Shown one piece after another: positions 8,944-17,005 of a DNA stretch of 32,000 bases. The stretch is from Nitratidesulfovibrio vulgaris str. Hildenborough. GTDB lineage: Bacteria; Desulfobacterota; Desulfovibrionia; Desulfovibrionales; Desulfovibrionaceae. The notes beneath the pieces were generated by a model. It was not told where the DNA came from, ran no database searches, and saw nothing but the letters and a program-made list of their open reading frames with translations. The position numbers were made by a program, and so were the translations under genes. Within the stretch, counting starts at the first letter, position 1. Every line of letters begins with the position of its first letter. The stretch is from assembly GCF_000195755.1 (NCBI RefSeq), contig NC_002937.3:3450001-3482000 (forward strand). Reading direction: 5' to 3'.

Positions 8944-8959
8944 AGCACCAACCGTGCCA
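8944..8959 (-). promoter_or_regulatory. Candidate sigma54 (-24/-12) promoter
   Basis: The minus strand reads TGGCACGgttgGTGCTT. Against the consensus TGGCACG-N4-TTGCW the spacing is correct and there is one mismatch. It is positioned about 30 nt upstream of the ATG at 8913. Confidence 0.55.
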
Positions 8960-9017
8960 AAGGATCATCTCCATAAATATCAGAACGCTACAACAGCGTA
9001 CCATTTCACGGCCGTCG

Positions 9018-9063
9018 TGCACATGTGCAGACTTGCGCACGCTCTTGTGCACCATGCTGCACA
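9018..9063. promoter_or_regulatory. Cluster of TGCAC-type inverted repeats; candidate enhancer-binding-protein sites
   Basis: TGCACATGTGCA (9018-9029) and TGTGCA-N6-TGCACA (9046-9063), with a further TGCAC at 9067-9071. They lie 60-105 bp upstream of the sigma54 element. Confidence 0.4.
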
Positions 9064-9140
9064 AAATGCACGAAACGCATCGTGGGCTTGCCTTCGGCGC
9101 GCACCGGTCCTATCCCTTTTCCGCAACCCAAGGAGAATCC

Positions 9141-9374
9141 ATGAGCAACAGACCCACAGACCCCGTCTACCCCGACATCTCCGACGACGACCTCTGGCTG
9201 CATATCCTTGCCGACCTCGACGCCTTCTACGGCGACAGGTTCAACCTCGACCAGAAGCGTCAGGCCTTCACCAAGACATGCGAGGCCTTTGACGACTACG
9301 TTCCCCTCGAACGCTTCACCAAGAGGGTGCGCGTCAACTGCGTGTGGAACCGCCGTATCGACCTCGACGCCTGA
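9141..9374 (+). CDS. Small acidic hypothetical protein, 77 aa
   Basis: ATG at 9141 (MSNRPTDPVYPDISDDDLW...) with AAGGAGAA 5 nt upstream. Good coding bias. No family recognised. Confidence 0.55.
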   Translation: MSNRPTDPVYPDISDDDLWLHILADLDAFYGDRFNLDQKRQAFTKTCEAFDDYVPLERFTKRVRVNCVWNRRIDLDA

Positions 9375-9454
9375 ACAGCCAACGAAGGGGCCCGCCTGCG
9401 GCAACTGGCCTCGCTGTCCGCTGGCCGCTGGTTCCAGCCGTCTGCATACACCAG

Positions 9455-9490
9455 ACAAAAAGAGGCTCCCCCGCCCTGCGCAGGGGAGCC
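9455..9490 (-). terminator. Intrinsic terminator of the lactate permease gene
   Basis: GGCTCCCC (9464-9471) pairs with GGGGAGCC (9483-9490). On the minus strand the stem is followed by TCTTTTTGT. It lies 45 nt past the permease stop. Confidence 0.6.
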
Positions 9491-9534
9491 TTCCGAGAAC
9501 CGGAGCGACGCGTCGGGATCGCGCCGACCGGCGG

Positions 9535-11166
9535 TTACGGCAACATGCCCTTCAACGGGTAGGCCTGCAGCAGCGTCAGCACGCACACGAAGAGCGTCAT
9601 GGCGATGCTGTGCCCCAGCGTGAAGCGGAAGAGGGAACCTTCCTGACCGACCATGTTGGTCGAAGCGGTCGCCACCGAGATGGACTGGGGCGAGATCATC
9701 TTGCCGGTGACGCCACCCGAGGAGTTGGCAGCCACGGTGAGGTGCGGGTCGACACCCACGGCCTCTGCGGTGGCACGCTGCATCCCGCCGAAGAGGGCGT
9801 TGGACGAGGTGTCGGAACCGGTAAGGAACACGCCAAGCCAGCCGAGCAGCGGCGCGAAGAACGGGAAGAGCCAGCCGGTCTTGGTGAAGGCGATGCCCAG
9901 CGTGGAGCTCATGCCCGAGTAGTTCATGATCTGGGCGAGGCCGAGGATCATGGCGATGGTCACGACGGGGAAGCGCAGCTGGTAGAAGGTGCGGAACAGG
10001 CAGGCGATGGCCTTGTCGAAGCCGTACTTGGGCATCACGGGCACAGCCAGCAGACCGGAGAGAAGAATGGCGGTACCGCCAGCCGAGATGAGGTTCAGCT
10101 TGTACTTGGCTGCGTAAGGGGCGTTCTTGGCGGCGATGGGGGCGGTCTTCTCGATGAGGTTGTGCAGGCCGGGCCAGTCGACCGAGACGGAGAAGATGCC
10201 GTCGAGCACCTTCTTCACACCGTCGAGACCCCAGAAGAACACCATGACGGCAAGGATGATGTAGGGCATCCATGCACGGATGACGTCACCCGCGCTGTAC
10301 TGCGACACGGCGCTCAGTTCCACCTCGGCCTCACCGGGGAAGCGCCACGTGGTGGCGGGCTTCCATACGCGAAGCAGCAGCACGAGGCCGATGATGGTGA
10401 CGATGGCGGACATGATGTCCGGCAGGGTGGGGCCGTGGTAGTTGGAGAACACGAACTGCGAACCGGCGAAGCACACACCCGCGACGGCGACGGCGGGCAG
10501 CACTTCCATGGCACGCTTGAAGCCGCACATGGTCACGCACAGCCACATGGGGACGATGACCGACAGGAAGGGAAGCTGACGGCCGACAATCTGGCTGATG
10601 TGCATGGTGTCGAGGCCGGTGACCTGACCTGCGACGATGATCGGGATGCCGATGGCGCCGAAGGCCACCGGGGCGGTGTTGGCGATGAGGCAGATACCCG
10701 CGGCGTAGAGCGGGTTGAAGCCGAGGCCCACCAGCATGGACGCGGTGATGGCGACAGGCGTGCCGAAGCCGGCCGTACCTTCGATGAACGAGCCGAAGGC
10801 GAAGGCGATGAAGATGGCCTGCAGGCGACGGTCGTCGGTGAGGCGGGCCAGCGAATCCTTGATGATCTCGAACTCGCCCGACTCGACGGTCATGTTATAG
10901 ACCCACACGGCGGTGATGACGATCCACACGATGGGGAACAGACCATAGGCCGCCCCGTACAGCGTGGCGCTGGCGGCAAGAGACACGGGCATGCCCCACA
11001 CCGCGATGGCGAGGACGATGGCGCTGGTCGTGCCGAGGAATGCGGCCACATGGCCCTTGGCCCGCTTGACCGCGAGCATGTAGAACAGGATGAACAGCGG
11101 AATGGCCGCCACAAGGGCCGAGCCGAGCGCGCTGGACAGCGGGTCGTAGTTCTGGATCCAATTCAT
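9535..11166 (-). CDS. lldP: L-lactate permease (LctP/LldP family), 543 aa
   Basis: Polytopic membrane protein with family-typical segments: FGSFIEGTAGFGTPVAITASMLVGLGF, NTAPVAFGAIGIPI and LTGSDTSSNALFG. ATG at 11166 with GAGGAGGAA 6 nt upstream. Confidence 0.9.
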   Translation of the reverse strand: MNWIQNYDPLSSALGSALVAAIPLFILFYMLAVKRAKGHVAAFLGTTSAIVLAIAVWGMPVSLAASATLYGAAYGLFPIVWIVITAVWVYNMTVESGEFEIIKDSLARLTDDRRLQAIFIAFAFGSFIEGTAGFGTPVAITASMLVGLGFNPLYAAGICLIANTAPVAFGAIGIPIIVAGQVTGLDTMHISQIVGRQLPFLSVIVPMWLCVTMCGFKRAMEVLPAVAVAGVCFAGSQFVFSNYHGPTLPDIMSAIVTIIGLVLLLRVWKPATTWRFPGEAEVELSAVSQYSAGDVIRAWMPYIILAVMVFFWGLDGVKKVLDGIFSVSVDWPGLHNLIEKTAPIAAKNAPYAAKYKLNLISAGGTAILLSGLLAVPVMPKYGFDKAIACLFRTFYQLRFPVVTIAMILGLAQIMNYSGMSSTLGIAFTKTGWLFPFFAPLLGWLGVFLTGSDTSSNALFGGMQRATAEAVGVDPHLTVAANSSGGVTGKMISPQSISVATASTNMVGQEGSLFRFTLGHSIAMTLFVCVLTLLQAYPLKGMLP

Positions 11167-11720
11167 GAACGGTTCCTCCTCAGGGCTGCACGGGCCTAGC
11201 CGCAGGCCCGCATGTTGTGATGCTTATGCGCGCATTACGGCATCACCACGCCCATGAACAAGCCATCCCACCTATCCGTACGGTTTTCCAGACACTTCAC
11301 TTGTGCAAAGCCTTCGCCCCTTCCCGCCCGCCATTTCAGGGGCAAACGCGGCACAGGCTCCCCGAGTCGGATGTAACCCATGACAATTGAATAGGTTTTT
11401 TCCGCCCGCACACTGGTTGAACAACTTGCACATATACATTAACCCGCGCTCATGAACTCCGCATAACACTGACAAACCCATAATACATCGTTATTAAAAG
11501 ACAAACACGACACGCTGCGTATCCATTAAAAGGCAGTAACACATGCGAGTCCGAGAAAATGGACAGCCTGTGCAAGACAAGCAGTCCGTGTCACGTGGGA
11601 GGAACGCCACGGCTGCGACGCCTACGCATGAAGGGGCATCCTCTCGCCGCAACGGGCTCTTTGAAGCGCCCTCACACGCCTACCCTTACAGGCTGTCCAT
11701 GTGTAGGGGCACGCATGCAA

Positions 11721-11746
11721 AGACGGCGCACCTTACGGTGCGCCGT
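11721..11746 (-). terminator. Hairpin terminator candidate downstream of the glycosyltransferase gene
   Basis: GACGGCGCACC-ttac-GGTGCGCCGTC (11-bp stem, tetraloop). On the minus strand it is followed by TTTGC, a short U-tract. Confidence 0.45.
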
Positions 11747-11928
11747 CCGGCATTGGTAACATCTGAAAGTCATGCTCACACGTCGCTTTTCCCGCCAGCA
11801 GCGCAGGGCAGGCGCCTTCTCCGGCATCTCGCCGCCACGCCATCCGCCACGGCTACCCCGTGATCATGCAGCGCGACGCGACGCCTCGTGCCCCCGCCCG
11901 TGCATGGAGGCGGCCTCTGCTGGCGAGG

Positions 11929-13614
11929 TCATTCCGCAGCGGCCTGCAATGTCCTGACGCAAAGCCCTGCCAGCATCCGTGCAGCAGCAGGCAGTCTCGG
12001 GGCGGTTCTGCCATAGGTGGCGAGAAGGTCCCTCGCATCGGCACGGCGAGTGGCCCTGTCGATGGACGCGAGTTCTTCTTCGGTGAACTTGCGTTCCATC
12101 TTGTGATGATTGCCCCACACATGGCCCCATGCCGCTTCCGAAAGAGGGGCTGCGCGACCGGCGTCCTGCCGGTGCACGACGCGCACCCTGCCGTCGTACC
12201 GCACCATCCCCCCCGCCTTCCACACCTGAATGTCGTGTTCGAGGTCATCGACCTGCGAAGGCGAGAAACGGATGTCGAAATCCGGCACGCCCAGACGCTG
12301 GCATGCACGTCTGTCCAGAAGATGGCAGCAGCCCATGACGGAGAGGCAGGGCCTCGCATGGTCGTACTGCCCAAAATCCATGACCAGCGGGGCATTGTTG
12401 GTGAAGCGTATGAGATGCCTGCCCGTCTTCTCGAAGAAACGCGCCACGTACTGCACCGTGGGCAGGGTACCGGGGTTCACGCCCTTGGGGCCCACCACCA
12501 CCGTGCCGGGATGCTCTTCCATGTCCTGCACATAGCAACGCAGCCAGTCCTGCGGCAGCAGCACGTCGTCATCGAGGAAGGCGAAAAGGTCGGCCTCGCG
12601 CATGGAATCGAGGTGCCACAGCCAGTTTCGGGCCGCAGGCGCGCCCACGTTCACGGGCAGGTGGATGAGTTCAACGGGCCTTCCGGCGGCGGTGGCGCGC
12701 ACCGCAGTCTCGAAGTCTTCACGCGAGAAGGTCGTCGAACCGTTGTTGATGAGCGCGATGGTCGCCCCGCCCGTGTCCGACGCCAGCAGGCTGCGCAGGG
12801 TATCGAGGGTCACCTCGAACTTGTTCCACGTATAGAAGCCGATGCCTATGCGCTTGCCCGCAAGGATGTCAGCCGGTGGCGCAGGGCGGTCGAGGTCGTC
12901 CAGCGTCCGCAACAGGTGCAACTGCGCGGGTTCGCCCGCCAGTGCCTGTGCATACAGGTCACGCGCCCCATCACGGTCGCCAGCGGCATGGGCGCGACGG
13001 GCATGGTAGAGCGTGAGCAGGGGCGAAGGCAGCGACACGGCAACGCATGACGCAGCGCAATCGTCATCTCCGGCCGCAAGGGCCGCATGGGCGAAGAGGG
13101 GTGCCACCAGCGACGCCACCGGGGTCGCCATGAACGCGGTCACGCCTGCTGCCATGTGCTCCCACGAACCAAGTTCCCATAAGCGCAACAGGCAGGCGAA
13201 GGCGTCACCGTGTGACGCACTGCCCACCGCAACGCGCACGGCCTCCAGAACGGCATCGGGCGAGGGCGGCAAATCATAGGCACGCCCAAGCGCCTCATTG
13301 GAGGGCACGTTGGCATGTTCGCCGATGCACGCCTCCACGCCCCGCAGCCATGCCGCATACTCCGGAGACGGCGGGGCCATGCGCGAGAGCGTATTCACCA
13401 GTCCACGCAGGGCGTCGTCGAAAGGATGCAGCATGAGTGCCTGGCGCAGCAGCCCCGCCGCGAAATGCAGACGCCCCTGCCTGAAGGCGGGCGGCTGCCG
13501 GTCGAGGTCGCGCAGGAGGGCGTCGGCCCACAGCATGGCATAGCCCGGCTGGCTGTAGCCGTGCAGCAGATGCAGCGTCACATGATGTGCGAGCAGGGTG
13601 TCATAGGCGTGCAT
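11929..13614 (-). CDS. Glycosyltransferase family 2 protein with an N-terminal helical (TPR-like) domain, 561 aa
   Basis: The C-terminal half has the GT-A fold signature: IGIGFYTWNKFEVTLDTLRSLL, the DxD motif FLDDDVLL, and VMGCCHLLDRRA. Track ORF 11929..13962 trimmed to the ATG at 13614, with GAGGAG 5 nt upstream. Confidence 0.8.
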   Translation of the reverse strand: MHAYDTLLAHHVTLHLLHGYSQPGYAMLWADALLRDLDRQPPAFRQGRLHFAAGLLRQALMLHPFDDALRGLVNTLSRMAPPSPEYAAWLRGVEACIGEHANVPSNEALGRAYDLPPSPDAVLEAVRVAVGSASHGDAFACLLRLWELGSWEHMAAGVTAFMATPVASLVAPLFAHAALAAGDDDCAASCVAVSLPSPLLTLYHARRAHAAGDRDGARDLYAQALAGEPAQLHLLRTLDDLDRPAPPADILAGKRIGIGFYTWNKFEVTLDTLRSLLASDTGGATIALINNGSTTFSREDFETAVRATAAGRPVELIHLPVNVGAPAARNWLWHLDSMREADLFAFLDDDVLLPQDWLRCYVQDMEEHPGTVVVGPKGVNPGTLPTVQYVARFFEKTGRHLIRFTNNAPLVMDFGQYDHARPCLSVMGCCHLLDRRACQRLGVPDFDIRFSPSQVDDLEHDIQVWKAGGMVRYDGRVRVVHRQDAGRAAPLSEAAWGHVWGNHHKMERKFTEEELASIDRATRRADARDLLATYGRTAPRLPAAARMLAGLCVRTLQAAAE

Positions 13615-14204
13615 GGTGTCTCCTCGTTGGGTGCACAGTATCCAGCAAGAGCGATGCCAGCAACCATAACCAGCCACCACGAAAGGGATTCCACCTCCGG
13701 CACTCCGTTCATCTGCCCCCCCGTCCGGCAAGGTGTCCGAATGATGACAACTGCCCCGATTCCCCCATCTCTCCCTGACCGGATGCGCCACAACCTGCGA
13801 CGTGCGGGGCTTCGATAGGCGATGACTACAGTCCCGCCCATGGCGCCCCCCCCTTGCACGTCGGCAGGGACCGCGCCGGGCCTCACGTCCGCCAGCCTTC
13901 GGGCCACTAGCGTCGAATGCGCCTTCGGCGCACCCTGTCGGGCCCCGGGGCTGCTGCGACACCGCCTCCTGACTGCGCAGCGTAAACGCTCATTTATTCG
14001 ATATTGCTAATCCAAGGACACCCTGCTGACTCCTATCATCTATTCATAGACAAAAATGTTACTAGATTCTCATATACAACGCGCTTAAAATACATTTATT
14101 GCCATTTTTGATATTCTGACATATTTCTCGGTTCCCGGCGACGGAATCTCCCGTCGTCGCACCACCACGGCCATGGGCCCGCACAGTCACCACGGAGAAC
14201 GCGC

Positions 14205-15332
14205 ATGTGTCGCCTGTTCGCCCTGACCTCCACATCCCCGGTCTCGCCCATGCTCGCCATCAATGCCCTCAATGTCATGAAGGAAGGGCACGATGGGTCG
14301 GGCGTGGGCCTGTATCTTTCGGGGCTTGAAGGTCCTTTCGCCGCCCACGAGGGGCGGCCCGTCCTTTCGGGCATCTTCACCGATGCCGGACGCAAGCGCC
14401 TTGACGCGCTCATGAAGGAGCGCGGCTTCCGCCCGGTGCACAGTCTTGAAATCCGCAAGACCGACCCGCCTGCGGGCACGCCGCGCCGGGGCATGTACCT
14501 TGCGCAGGTGTACGAACCCGCCCCGGCATGGGAAGAGCTTTCGGCCGCGCACCGCGCCGCCTCGCTGGTGGAGACGCGCGTCGCCATCCGCGAAGCCGGT
14601 GAAGAGAAGCGCGACATGATGGCCTTCTCCTTCTGGCCCGGTGTGGTGATGATCAAGGAGGTGGGCGACCCGCTCACCATCGGTCGCTGGCTCGACCTCG
14701 ACAGGAGCGACCTGCACGCGCGCCGCATCCTGTGTCAGGGCCGCCAGAACACCAACTACGCCATCAATCTCTATGCGTGCCACCCGTTCTTCATCGAAGG
14801 CGTGTGCACCATGACCAACGGCGAGAACACCGCCTTCGTGCCCATCCGCGAGTACCTCCAGACCCGCGGCATCCCCGGCTACATGGGCTACCAGTCCGAC
14901 TCCGAGGTATTCGCGCACATCCTGCACTTCACGCTCAGGCGTCTCGGTCTGCCGCTGGAGGCGTACAAGCACGTCATCACGCCCCTGCGCGGCGCGGAAC
15001 TGGCCGAACACCCCGACAGCGCCACGCTGACGCGGCTTCAGACCGTGTGCCGTCGCATGATCATCGACGGCCCCAACTGTGTCATCGGCGTCACGCCCGA
15101 GGGCACCATGTTCATGGTGCAGGACCGCAAGAAGCTGCGCCCCGGCGTGGTGGGCGGCAAGCCGGGCATCTACGCCTTCTCGTCGGAAATCTGCGGCCTC
15201 GACGCGGCCATCCCCGACCGCGACCCCGCGCTGGACTTCCAGCCCATGCATCTCGACACGGCCTACGTCAGGCCGGATTGTCAGGAGGTCACCGTATGCA
15301 GCCAGCTCAAGGCATTACCCCCTCGACCCTGA
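14205..15332 (+). CDS. Class-II (Ntn) glutamine amidotransferase, GltB domain-1-like subunit of a split glutamate synthase, 375 aa
   Basis: Met-Cys N-terminus (MCRLFAL...), typical of Ntn amidotransferases. Similar to archaeal-type GOGAT subunits. GGAGAA upstream of the ATG. Confidence 0.8.
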   Translation: MCRLFALTSTSPVSPMLAINALNVMKEGHDGSGVGLYLSGLEGPFAAHEGRPVLSGIFTDAGRKRLDALMKERGFRPVHSLEIRKTDPPAGTPRRGMYLAQVYEPAPAWEELSAAHRAASLVETRVAIREAGEEKRDMMAFSFWPGVVMIKEVGDPLTIGRWLDLDRSDLHARRILCQGRQNTNYAINLYACHPFFIEGVCTMTNGENTAFVPIREYLQTRGIPGYMGYQSDSEVFAHILHFTLRRLGLPLEAYKHVITPLRGAELAEHPDSATLTRLQTVCRRMIIDGPNCVIGVTPEGTMFMVQDRKKLRPGVVGGKPGIYAFSSEICGLDAAIPDRDPALDFQPMHLDTAYVRPDCQEVTVCSQLKALPPRP

Positions 15333-16930
15333 GCGTGAAGGACCTGCCATGGCAGGTCGAATGGGACAGGGCCACCTGTGCGCTGTGCGGTCGCTGTACC
15401 GCCGTGTGCCCGGTGAACGCCATCGAGCTTGGCGTGCATCGGCAGCGCATCGTCGACGCGCCCGTGGGCCTCGCCAAACGCCCGTCCAACGCGCACACCG
15501 TCTACCACGGCGTACGCCAGCGCACCGACGCGGCCTATGCCTGCGTGGGCTGCGGCATGTGCACCATGGTCTGCCCCAACAACGCCATCCGCCCCGTGCA
15601 TCAGGCCGAGGCCACCGCACTGCGCTTCCACAACAACCGTGGCGGACAGCCGCGCACCCGTGGCGGGCGACGCAACGACCCGCTGGGGCTGCTCGACCAG
15701 ATCAAATTCATCCGCATCTCCATGCTCACCGACCCGGCCCTCGATGCCGGACGGCACGAGTTCGAACTGCGCACCCTGCTGGGCCGCATCCTGCCCCCCG
15801 AAGAGGGCATGGCCGCGCTGCATGGCAACGGCTGGGTGCCGCCGGTGCGCGAAATCTACCCGCTGGTCATCGGCGGCATGAGCTTCGGCGCGCTCTCGCC
15901 CAACATGTGGGAAGGGTTGCAGATGGGCGTGGCCTACCTCAACGAGGAGATGGGCATGCCCGTGCGCATGTGCACCGGCGAGGGCGGCTGCCCCCCGCGC
16001 CTGTTGCGCTCGCGCTTCCTCAAGTACGTCATCCTCCAGATAGCCTCGGGCTACTTCGGCTGGGACGAGATACTCCACGCCATCCCCGAGATGAAGGAAG
16101 ACCCCTGCGCCATCGAGATCAAATACGGGCAGGGTGCCAAGCCCGGCGACGGAGGCCTGCTCATGTGGCACAAGGTCAACAAGCTCATCGCCTCAATCCG
16201 TGGCGTGCCCCCCGGCGTCTCGCTGCCGAGTCCGCCCACGCACCAGACCAAGTACTCCATCGAAGAGGCCGTGGCGAAGATGATCCAGTCCATGAGCATG
16301 GCCTGGGGCTTCCGCGTGCCCGTCTACCCCAAGATATCCGGCACCGCCACGGCACTGGCCGTGCTCAACAACCTCGTCCGCAATCCCTATGCGGCGGGGC
16401 TTGCCATCGACGGTGAGGACGGCGGCACGGGTGCGGCCTACAACATCTCCATGAACCACATGGGACACCCCATCGCCTCCAACATCCGCGACTGCTACAA
16501 CGCCCTCGCCGCGCAGGGCCGCCAGAACGAGATTCCCATCATGGCGGGCGGCGGCATCGGCAAGAACGGCAACCTCGCGCACAACGCCGCCGCGCTCATC
16601 ATGCTCGGCGCCAGCATGGTGCAGAGTGGCAAGTACATCATGCAGGCGGCTGCGGGCTGCGTCGGCTCGGAGGTCGACCGCTGCAACATCTGCAACATAG
16701 GCCGCTGCCCCAAGGGCATCACCTCGCAGGACCCGAGGGTGTACCGCCGCCTCGACCCCGAGAAGGTCGCCGAAAGGCTGGTGGACGTGTACCTCGCCTT
16801 CGACACCGAACTGAAGAAGGTGTTCGCGCCACTGGGCCGCTCCACATCGCTGCCCGTGGGCATGTCAGACGCCCTCGGCATCGCCGACCGCAATGCGGCG
16901 GAGAGGCTCGGCATCAGGTACGTCGTCTAG
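15296..16930 (+). CDS. Glutamate synthase FMN-binding (GltB domain-2-like) subunit with N-terminal 2x[4Fe-4S] ferredoxin domain, 544 aa
   Basis: CALCGRCTAVCP and CVGCGMCTMVCP, followed by the GOGAT core IGGMSFGALS...IEIKYGQGAKPGDGG...SPPTHQ...IMAGGGI. Track ORF 14732..16930 trimmed to the ATG at 15296, with AGGAGG 7 nt upstream. It overlaps the upstream gene by 37 nt. Confidence 0.85.
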   Translation: MQPAQGITPSTLSVKDLPWQVEWDRATCALCGRCTAVCPVNAIELGVHRQRIVDAPVGLAKRPSNAHTVYHGVRQRTDAAYACVGCGMCTMVCPNNAIRPVHQAEATALRFHNNRGGQPRTRGGRRNDPLGLLDQIKFIRISMLTDPALDAGRHEFELRTLLGRILPPEEGMAALHGNGWVPPVREIYPLVIGGMSFGALSPNMWEGLQMGVAYLNEEMGMPVRMCTGEGGCPPRLLRSRFLKYVILQIASGYFGWDEILHAIPEMKEDPCAIEIKYGQGAKPGDGGLLMWHKVNKLIASIRGVPPGVSLPSPPTHQTKYSIEEAVAKMIQSMSMAWGFRVPVYPKISGTATALAVLNNLVRNPYAAGLAIDGEDGGTGAAYNISMNHMGHPIASNIRDCYNALAAQGRQNEIPIMAGGGIGKNGNLAHNAAALIMLGASMVQSGKYIMQAAAGCVGSEVDRCNICNIGRCPKGITSQDPRVYRRLDPEKVAERLVDVYLAFDTELKKVFAPLGRSTSLPVGMSDALGIADRNAAERLGIRYVV

Positions 16931-17005
16931 CGGGCGGGCAGGTTCCCGGCCCCGCGCACCGGGCCGCTGGCGCACACGCGCCGCGGCAAACGCAAGCGGA
17001 GAAGC

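Noticed and set aside
7595-9064. 489-aa minus-strand ORF (and 8036..9292 +, 418 aa; 8286..8726 +, 146 aa) spanning the repeat region
   Set aside because: The products are Arg/Pro/Gly/Ala-rich and low-complexity. The ORFs run through both 131-bp repeats and hairpins, overlap the well-supported glycohydrolase gene out of frame, and have no RBS. These are typical open frames of GC-rich non-coding DNA.
9208-11199. 663-aa plus-strand ORF antisense to the lactate permease
   Set aside because: It is a shadow ORF. Its composition is dominated by G/D/E/H/R, as expected for the antisense of a GC3-rich membrane-protein gene. The opposite strand encodes an unmistakable LctP-family permease.
11303-11317. 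Sigma54-like element upstream of the lactate permease (minus strand GGCGAAGGCTTTGCA)
   Set aside because: Only the GGC and TTGCA cores match at correct spacing. The -24 box is poor (GGCGAA versus GGCACG). This is too weak to call.
11272-11863. Small ORFs in the AT-rich intergenic region (11272..11481 -, 11543..11863 +, 11559..11759 +)
   Set aside because: No RBS. Their codon usage is atypical for this genome and their products are Cys/Arg/His-rich. More likely non-coding regulatory DNA.
13578-13907. 109-aa minus-strand ORF upstream of and overlapping the glycosyltransferase start, including a possible 44-aa TM peptide from ATG 13712
   Set aside because: No credible RBS (only a G-run). It overlaps the downstream gene by 37 nt in another frame, and its composition is unconvincing.
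14732-15295. Upstream extension of the FMN-subunit ORF (track start 14732)
   Set aside because: The extension overlaps the amidotransferase gene in another frame and is Arg/Pro/His-rich. The ATG at 15296 has an AGGAGG SD and starts just before the ferredoxin domain.
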